This document shows, one piece after another, positions 55,201-64,000 of a stretch of 64,000 bases of DNA. Below the pieces are notes generated by a model, which did no database searches, was not told the DNA's origin, and saw nothing but the letters and a program-made list of their open reading frames with translations. The stretch is from Epiperipatus broadwayi. Taxonomy: Eukaryota; Animalia; Onychophora. A program made the translations under genes and the position numbers. The stretch's first letter is position 1. Each line of letters begins with the position of its first letter. Where the stretch lies: NCBI GenBank assembly GCA_028023455.1, contig JAQFVV010000001.1, positions 23,250,001 through 23,314,000 on the forward strand. The letters are read 5' to 3'.

Positions 55201-56690
55201 TGTACTTTGTTCAATGAGTTTAAACCATCCATATTAAAAGTTGTTATTCTGAGTTTCATTGATGTTGTGCTTAGGGGTGTTTGTACTTTAAGATGTTGAT
55301 GGCGATTTTTCAGCATATGAGCTGTATATTAGTGAAGATTCATTCGTTAGTTGGATATGCATGATCACTATTGGTATCAAATCTTCTGTTTGAAGGCTGG
55401 TTACCAATGAAGAACTGTGGTACTCTTCTGTTTTTGTTTTCTTGTTTTTATTTCTTTTTGGATGACCTAGTATTATTTTTCTTTCTATTGTGTTTAGTTC
55501 AATTTGTGGAAGATAGGGCATGAGTACCTCCATGATATATGCTGATATCTTAGGTGCTTTGTGATAGTTTAGTTGGGTTATTATTTACATTTTTCAGGTG
55601 TTGTATATTTTGAAATTCATGTGTGTTGTTTGAAACTGATTGAGTTGCATTTGAATCTATGTCCTGCATGCTGTTTAGTTCATCTGTATTTTTGTTATGT
55701 TTGTTTGCAGTTTGATCCATGAAGGGATGATGAAAGTGATTTTTTAGATGGAGAAATTGTTTGAATATGATTATTCATGTCTGGATTTATAGTTGAGCTG
55801 ATCATTTGTTTGTTGTGACTGTGGATTCTCATTGCAGTCACCTTGTGTTGGAAGGTGCTTCCCACATACATAGCATTGTGGTTTGAGTTATCTTATGAAG
55901 AGACTTTGCATGCTTTCCTGATTTGCAATCTGCTTAGGAATATTGTTTGGATTCATTTTTGGATGCAACTCAGCTTGAAATTAAAGCTATTATTGTAAAG
56001 TAGCACTGGTGTATCTTTCATATAAATTGGGTTGAATGCTTATGACTTTGTCAAATGGCTGCATCATTTTCTGAAAGTTTTTGATATCATATTGAAGGAT
56101 GGATTTTTGAGTATGCCAGTAGTTTATATTGATGAGGATCAACTGAGACAAGTACATAGTTGCTTAAAATTTTAATAGTGGTTTGAAGTTAGTTTTTTGT
56201 ATTTCTTGATAAAATTCAAAGATTAAATATCATGTATTTGGATGATCAACAAACCTTAGTACTGTGTCCCAAAGCCCATGTAAAGTTATTGTGTCATACA
56301 GCAAATCCTTAGGAGATTTATACAAAGATATATTCATGTCTATATCTGGTAATATTATTGAACGTGGGGAAAAATCTTTTAAATGTTTCATGTAGGCCTC
56401 TTGGAATCAAATTATTAAATCTTTCATTAATTAATTTAAATCACCATTATTTCAAGGCACAGGAGGAGGTGATTGATTTTCTTGTGTTTGTATATTGAGT
56501 TGCAAAAAAATCATTAGTATTTATTCTTCAGAAATGATGAAAAACTTTATTGCTTTCTAAGTTTGTAACTTGATTATGATCCGTTTGTTGTAAATTATTT
56601 TTTTGCAGCATTGGCATATGTATTGGTTTGGTCTATAGTTTGTTGGTACCAACCATCTGGTCACATGGCCTGGTGGTCACCATTCATTTG
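52250..56690 (-). mobile_element. Near full-length decayed LINE (ORF1, APE, RT, possible RNase H), I-group (R1/LOA-like)
   Basis: ORF1-like TYANAAK and PQCYVCGKH; ORF2 start METKI at 55151; ILMGEFN (GDFN-like) near 54850; KLIEKVI, DIEAAFGS at 53665-53688, PQSSLL; QEAEII and IFKTAIKSL RNase H-like near 52480-52560. Confidence 0.72.
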
Positions 56691-57099
56691 TATTTTAACA
56701 TTGAGCAAAATTTATTAAATTGTAAAAAATTAATAGTTATATATATATATATTTCTGTTAAAGAGAAGTAATTTTGATTACTTGATACTTACTGTCCACA
56801 TATATATGACTGTAAGTCTAAAATATGTGCATTTCAAGGTTTTATGTGATTCAAACCCTAAGAGCATTGTAAACAATAACATGTCAAAGGCAAGATTTGT
56901 TGCTCAACTATTATTATTATTATTATTTTAAAAATATATATATTGACAGGTTTTTTTCTTTACAATTATTTACATTTTATATTACACATCTTCATATTTT
57001 TTTTTGATTTTTTAAAATAAATTTTTTATTTGAAATGTCATCTATTTGATTTGCAGCATATTATTTTCATATTTTACATAAACATGGCCTGGAACTAGA

Positions 57100-58100
57100 T
57101 CAAATTTCTTTTATTATTTTTTTAAAAGGTATTTGATGCCATTGTTTAGATATTTATCCCAACCATTATTAATCTTTCTTAGCCAATTATATTTCTTATT
57201 ATCAAAAATATCGTATTTTATTGTCCAAACTGTTTTCAGAACATGTAGCAAAACCATTGCATTGTGTAATTGAAATCTTTTAATATTAATATAAGGATCA
57301 CATTTCATTACCAACATTCTCAAATTAAAAAATCCAACTATACTGTGTAAGGATTTGACTTTTATATTTCAAATCAAACAGCTCAAATTTCTGATGTCTA
57401 ACTTATATATAAAGAAAAAGAAAATCTGAACAATAGAATATATGTTAAGTATCAGAAACTTTTATTATATGTATCTAGCTATTTGCAAGAAATCGCTTTC
57501 AATAACAATGAGAAATCTATTATAATTAATTCAAAACTTAAGTACAAAACTGTTAAACCTAATTATGTTTTTTTAATAATTCCTAAGGTATTTTTGAATG
57601 AATTCATTGTATCATAGTTAGTACAACCAACTGACATGTTATGATCTAGAATTAGAGTTTAGAGTGAATGAATCTTGGATATTTTTTAAGTCACTAGCAG
57701 TCTTAAAGTTTTTGTTTCAAATATCTATCCAATAGATAATCCAGAACTATTCTGAAGGTAATCAAAGAAAAAATGCAAGATCAGCTAATACATGATTTAA
57801 TTAGCTATGATCCAAATTTTAAAATATATACGTTAAAGTGTTCCTACTATTATTTATTTAAATGTCTGCCTTTTTTTGCTTATTATGCTTTAAAAAGCCA
57901 AATGACTGTATAAAATATTTTAAATAAACATTAAATATTATTATTTTATCTTAGAAATAGTTTTATTAATAATTCATCTAGTCTATTGCCTAATCAACCA
58001 TCTAAAATTATAGGGGGTACAAACTGCATCTTCAAAAGACTTAATTTTTGCAAAACATTTTAGATTGCCTTTCTTTTGACTTTACAGAAATCTACATAAA
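57100..58100 (-). mobile_element. Probable L1-like ORF2 3' fragment
   Basis: ORF 57114-57323 (LKTVWTIKYDIFDNK) resembles the L1 C-terminal IW..RN..IF region; weak post-RT motif near 58000. Confidence 0.35.
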
Positions 58101-61100
58101 GACTAATTACCACATCTTAACAAAGAGGTAAAAAAAAATATTGTTAGTGATATCATTATCACTTTAAGATATCCACCCTGTATTAATAATATTGTAGATT
58201 ATTTTTAGCTACTCATAAATTTTGTAGTGATCAGATTGCCATAGGAATAAGTTATACTTGAATTAATACATTATTCTACTCAGATTTTTTTTTGTTTTAT
58301 TTCAAGGTTTAAACTCAGTTCTGCAATGCCAAGAAAATGAAAACTGTGAACTTAAGTTGTCTTACTATTATTTTTTATTGACTTCTTTTAACAGATTATT
58401 TTTATATTTGTATTTATTCAATTAATTGTTATTAGTAATTATTACATTATGTATATTTTTAGAAAATAAATACCATTTGTATTTTCATAATTGTTCCATT
58501 CTATTTTTATAAAGATATATGGATGTTGTACTTTTATACTGAATGTGTTTTATTATTTTAAAAATGTTTTCTTATTTAATGTTAATTAAATTATAATAAT
58601 TAACATATTTCTCTTGTTTTCATTCTTTTTTAATAATTATATTTTGAAATTTTATCACATAAAGTTTTCAATATTATGAATTCCCCCACAAAATATTTCA
58701 AGCATCATATTAATCTGATTATATATTATGCAGTTTTTAGAATTCCAAAGAGCTTTTTGTCAAAGGACACTGTCATGAATAGTAATACTTAATCATCATC
58801 ATCAGAGGAGGTATTCTGTCATTATTTTACAACAATCTATAGCAAGATTATTGTGAAATCTTATTTATAAGGCATATACACAGCAATTATCAGTTTTATA
58901 GGATATTTATCTGTACTGGTTAATCTAATAAGATTTATTAAAAATATATTTTTGATTAAACAATTAACATGTAAATTTCAAACAGTCACAATAAAAAAAA
59001 ATTAAGTTTAGAATATTTATAAATTTATATCTTATATTGCTTATTTATTGCATAAAATTATCAAAGTATAAATAAATCAAAGTTCTTTTAATTTAAACAT
59101 AATTTCACTAACATTGTCATTTACTTTGGTTTATTATATTCAATAATAAAATTTGATTATTGAAATTACTTTTAATGATAATAATAGAAATTTAACTTAA
59201 ATAAATTTAAAAATTTTATTATAAAGCATAAGTAACAAGAAGTCTATATTTTAAAGTGTGAAAAATAAAATACAAATTAGACTATTATATGCTTCTTAGG
59301 AAAATGTTAATTGATGAAGTAAATTGATTTTTTTTAAAAAGTAAAGTGAAATTGTAGGATCCATGTTTATAGCAGGTAAGTTGGAGATTCTGGATTTAAA
59401 AAAAATCAAATATGTAAATCAAGAGATTAAAAGACTATTAAACAATAATAATAGTTAATAAATAGCAAAACAATATGTAATTCCATGAAAAAATGTTGAA
59501 TATAATATGTTAAACATTGCTCAGATGTTAGTTTTCAAATACATACTTATACCTAGTATAAAATATTCTGAAAGCTAAAGAATGAAATGATTTATTATTG
59601 CAGTGCTAATAACAACAATTCAATCGTACTTTCAATCCAAAGAATGTCATTCTAGTCTGCATAGAATGAGATGACAGGAAGAAGAAAGGTAAGGACGTGT
59701 GGTTTATTGCCAACCACAATCACATCATTAATAAGAAAGAAAATAGTATTCAACATTTGAATAAGTGGAATATTTAAAACCTAATTTAAATAATTATCAT
59801 AATTATTCCTCAATAAATATATCAATACACATAGCCTAACAATGAGAGCTATGATTAAACCACTAAACATCACATGATTCTATGATTCTGGTGTCCCACA
59901 CTGAAAGCACACTCAACTGTACCTAAAAAATAAATAATAAGATCTTTTCAGTTCAGATGCAAAAACATTTTCCTAATTTATTACAAATAATAACAAAAAG
60001 GAAAATAAAAAAGATTACAGTATTAAGATTCTTAGTGAGGATAATACAATTAAAAAAAACCCTGAAGATATTTGAATATATAGTTACTGATCCATAGTTC
60101 AATCTATATTACTGTTCAAGTAATTTGATTTCAAAAAACTTTAAGTAGAGTTTTTTACATTTCAGACTTTAACTTGAATAGTAAAATGGAATTAAAGGTA
60201 GATGCATAACTATATAACTTCCAGTTTTGAATCCTAAGCTTCATTGACAAAGAAGATTTAGATGCACTACTTTCTGGTAACTATTGATTACAACTTCTTA
60301 TTATAAAAGGCTATAGAATAAAGAGTTGTTCTTGTTTTCTTACATATTGTATAAAGAATTAAACAATTTATTGTGATTAACATTCTTAACTAGGGAAAAA
60401 AAAGCAGTTAATAAAGAAAAACAGAGTATTAAAATATATAGCTGGATTCACATTTGTCCAACTATTCAAAGCATGTTGGGTTGGAGTTCAAAATCTTAGA
60501 GTATCTTAAATTTTAACCTTGTAGCTTTAATAATAAAAGTGAATTGGGTGTAGTTTCTAGATATATAACTACACTATTTTTAGCTTTGAATATTGAGCAT
60601 TAATGATAAAATCAAAAGTTAGAAACTGGTCTGGTATTAAAATGCCCTAGCATCGAATAATCACAGACTATTATAGATAGCATTGGAAACCAGATACCAA
60701 AGCAGATGAGATACATACACAATGGGATACTATTGTTAGAATTTTATGCAAAATTATCCTGGCAGTCCCACTCTTAGAAGTATTACAAAGAGAGCTTTTT
60801 ATGTGTTGCATGATTGGAAAGTTTGTATCATAAACTTGGGCTTTTGGTATGAATTAAGTAGATTTTTATGTAGTACATTTTTCTTTTAATATGTTTTCTT
60901 CATGCTCAAAAGATATTATGGCAATTTAATCATTATATTAAAATAACCTGATTTTTAATGGGTGAGCAAATAAAAGAGCAGATATGGCATATACTACATA
61001 TCTCAAAAACTAGATCTAATAGAAGAAAAATTAGTGCCATTTTTGCATCAGCAGGTCAAATATACTCTGAAATAGATACAATATTTGGGCACCAAAATGT

Positions 61101-61199
61101 GTGTTGACTAATGAATTATTAGTATGATTTGTCGTATTTTATTTTAACAATGCCAGATAATTTTATACACATATATAATTAATGTGTTAGTAGACAAAC

Positions 61200-62720
61200 T
61201 CTGCAATCGTATAGAGTACCTTAAAACGTTAAGCTATTATAATTTGCGTTAAAAGCTGCTTGCGTGATTATTTAACTTATCAATCAACAACATCTCTCAT
61301 AAAATGAAAATTCTGTAGTTGTCCTGAATTTTAATCACTTGGAAGTTTTATTTTCTGAAATTTGTAACTATATAGTATGACTCTTAATCAATCATGCAAA
61401 TAAGATTGAAAACAAAATGTCAATATGTAACTTCCTGATTTCATGTTGAAAGAAATGATTTATTTAAAAAAAGTTAATTTCACTATCTAAAAAATTAAAT
61501 AGTATTGTTGCGTAAGAATATAGAATTATCTCTAAAAAGCCTGTTTAGAGATTGTGAAGGTTTAAAACTGTGGGCAAGCAGTAAAAATTTCTTGATCATA
61601 ATTAAAGACATCTCGCATTATTTTGCAGTATTCTCAGTATTATATTTATAAAATAAAAATATTTGAGTTGAGATAATGATTTAATTGACTTAAAGAAATA
61701 GCTTGGATTTATTTACCGCTAAATTTGTTTTTAATAACAAAGTTACCGCTGCCAGTTGTTCTTCTATTAGTTAATATATAGTGCAAAATGCATTCGTAAT
61801 TTAGTATATTGATAATTTGTGACAAAGGATTTTCTTTTTTTGTTGGTTCAAATGTTGTTGTGGTTACAGTGAGTATTAAAAAGGCGTTCTGGAGTTTCCT
61901 TTTTATTATTCATTTCCTGGACACTTACTGTAATCGTAATGTATACAAACTTTCTTCTAAAACAAAAAAATGAATCACGAAATAGATTTGAATTAATTTT
62001 AAAATATTTATTTCGGCAAAAATACTGAATCATAGATTTTATCCAATTTTAGAAAATTATAAATATAAATGCACGTCTATGTTTTTTTGTCGAAAACAGA
62101 GCAAGTTAAATAGGTAACAAGGTACTACAAACAAACTCTTGATCATTCCTTATTGGTGGTAGTCTGCCATATATTCTACTTGTTTTACAAGACAACTTAA
62201 TTAATCATTTCACTTATCACCACCAACAACATTAGTGGGTTCTGCAAATGATTATTTTATTTTAATTTCAGAAAAGAAAAGAGAGCAAGAAAGACAAAGA
62301 ATAAAAAATTAAAATCAAAAGAAGGAAACACAATTGCCTATGTGTAATTAAAGAATAAAAGTGTCATTACTCAAACTTACAATTCTTTTGCCATTGTTTA
62401 TGCATAGAGGGACGATATATCAGACTCTTAGTGGCCGGGTTATATTAATATAATTGATTGAAATAAAGTGATTAATTTAGCTATAAATGTTAATAGTAGT
62501 TATTAGTGAATTAAGTTTAAAAGATTTTAGTTTTTACTCGTTTTTATTAAATCATATGTACTTATATTATTTCAAAATTAAATAGTCTTGTACTTCCATA
62601 GCAGATCTGATGTATGAGTTTTTTTTTTATTTATAAAAGTACTAACAAATTCCCTATTAGTTTTTCATCTTTTTCAATCATCTTTTTTGCTCCGTGTACT
62701 ATGAATTTATATTTTTAGAA
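61200..62720. promoter_or_regulatory. CpG-retaining island with candidate minus-strand exons
   Basis: Frequent CG; GTAAGT donors on the minus strand at 62375-62380 and 61923-61928; strong acceptor ttttttgttttag at 61957. Confidence 0.35.
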
Positions 62721-64000
62721 CGTGCAGTTGTTAAATTTTTTTTCCTAACTATATAAACTATAATTTTCTGGGAAATGTGTGTCTAAATATTTATAAAATA
62801 ATTTAAAGAAAAAAAAATCTTATAATAGTATTTCTGATTTTACTTTTCATCATTAAGACTTTTAGTGGCCAATTTGATACACATTTTCATGCTTTTTATT
62901 TTTAAAGTATAATTTTTATTATTCATGACATATATTTGATAATATTTGTTGAAATCATAACTTTAAAAAATGAACATTTTTTACAAAATAATATATCAAC
63001 TTTACAAATAAGAAAAAGAATAATAAGTTGAAATATGTAATCAGAACAATGTTTCACTTTAGTTTTCAGGCTAAAAAATATTTTTTCAACAAATAATAAA
63101 TAATTCTGCATCAATATTTTTATTGATAGGATATATTTCAATAAATAATGCATTCAGGTAATGAAAATAATCTTTGAAATTTAATTTATAATTACAACAA
63201 ATAATAAAAAATAGCAGCTACAATCTGTATAGAATAGTTTATCTTTTTTTTTTGCAGATAAAGATTTCCTGATTCATATTATTACATTTCCTTTAAGTAT
63301 TTTTTTCTAAAATTCAAACATATTAAAATAAAATCTGAATATAAACATATACTTATCAAAAATTAAATATTTAATTTTACAAAATTAAACAAGTAAGCAA
63401 ACTATTTGTTAACTTATAATTTCCAATTTCTAAATTTTAACAAACTAGGACAATCAAACATATCTCTTTGACTTTACTTTTCACTGAATAATACTTATAT
63501 CTAGCCATTTTAATTAGAACTTATATCACATAACATACAATTTAGTTCATGTTTTTGCTATCAGATCAATTCAAAACATTTCAAATGAATGCTACAGATG
63601 GCTGCAATTAAATAACTAAGACAATGGCAAAAGCAATAGCAGCACCAAAATAGCCCATAATACAATTCAATGGTTGAAATTGGAAAATTAAGATGTTAAG
63701 AAAATACTGAAAACTGAAATGTTAAAAAAAATTTTTCAATATGGCTGAAAAAAAAAGTTTAATTCTAAATTTTTCTTATAGATCTAAAACACTGAATGCT
63801 AACATTATTGTAAATAAGAAAACTTTGAATTGATATTCAGAATAATGAGATTAGAAAAAAATTAAAAGTTCCAAAGTCAAAAAAATAATAAAGATAGTTA
63901 TTGTAAAAGAATTCCAAATTTTTAAAGTGGAAATGAATTCATCTTCAAGACCACACACATACCATTTGCAGATCCTTTCTTGTTTGCATCTTAACTTCTA

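Noticed and set aside
58860-58910. LIIAVYMPY, an APE-endonuclease-like motif on the minus strand
   Set aside because: Single short motif with no supporting downstream motifs.
63580-63700. Hydrophobic minus-strand peptide MGYFGAAIAFAIVLVI
   Set aside because: Short, stop-bounded, no recognisable family and no convincing exon structure.

Overview
Very AT-rich, repeat-dense eukaryotic DNA, most likely from an invertebrate metazoan. I found no operons, CRISPR arrays or recognisable rRNA/tRNA genes. The only intact protein-coding sequence is an intronless class A aminergic-type GPCR (9161-10189, minus) with a muscarinic/histamine-like scaffold but an atypical pocket. The rest is mostly decayed mobile DNA: an internally deleted Ty3/Gypsy (Mag-like) LTR element with both LTRs, PBS, PPT and 5-bp TSD; a mariner carrying a nested ~475-bp palindrome; a hAT (Charlie/Buster) element whose ends resemble mammalian MER30; a clustered ~430-bp unclassified repeat; and a block of co-oriented minus-strand LINEs (about 41.9-58 kb). 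The most unusual object is an intronless 5' half of an MFSD12 transporter mRNA joined, in register, to the reverse transcriptase of a 5'-truncated L1/Tx1-like LINE, which looks like a template-switch chimera. All family assignments come from motifs read by eye or recalled from memory; no database search was run.
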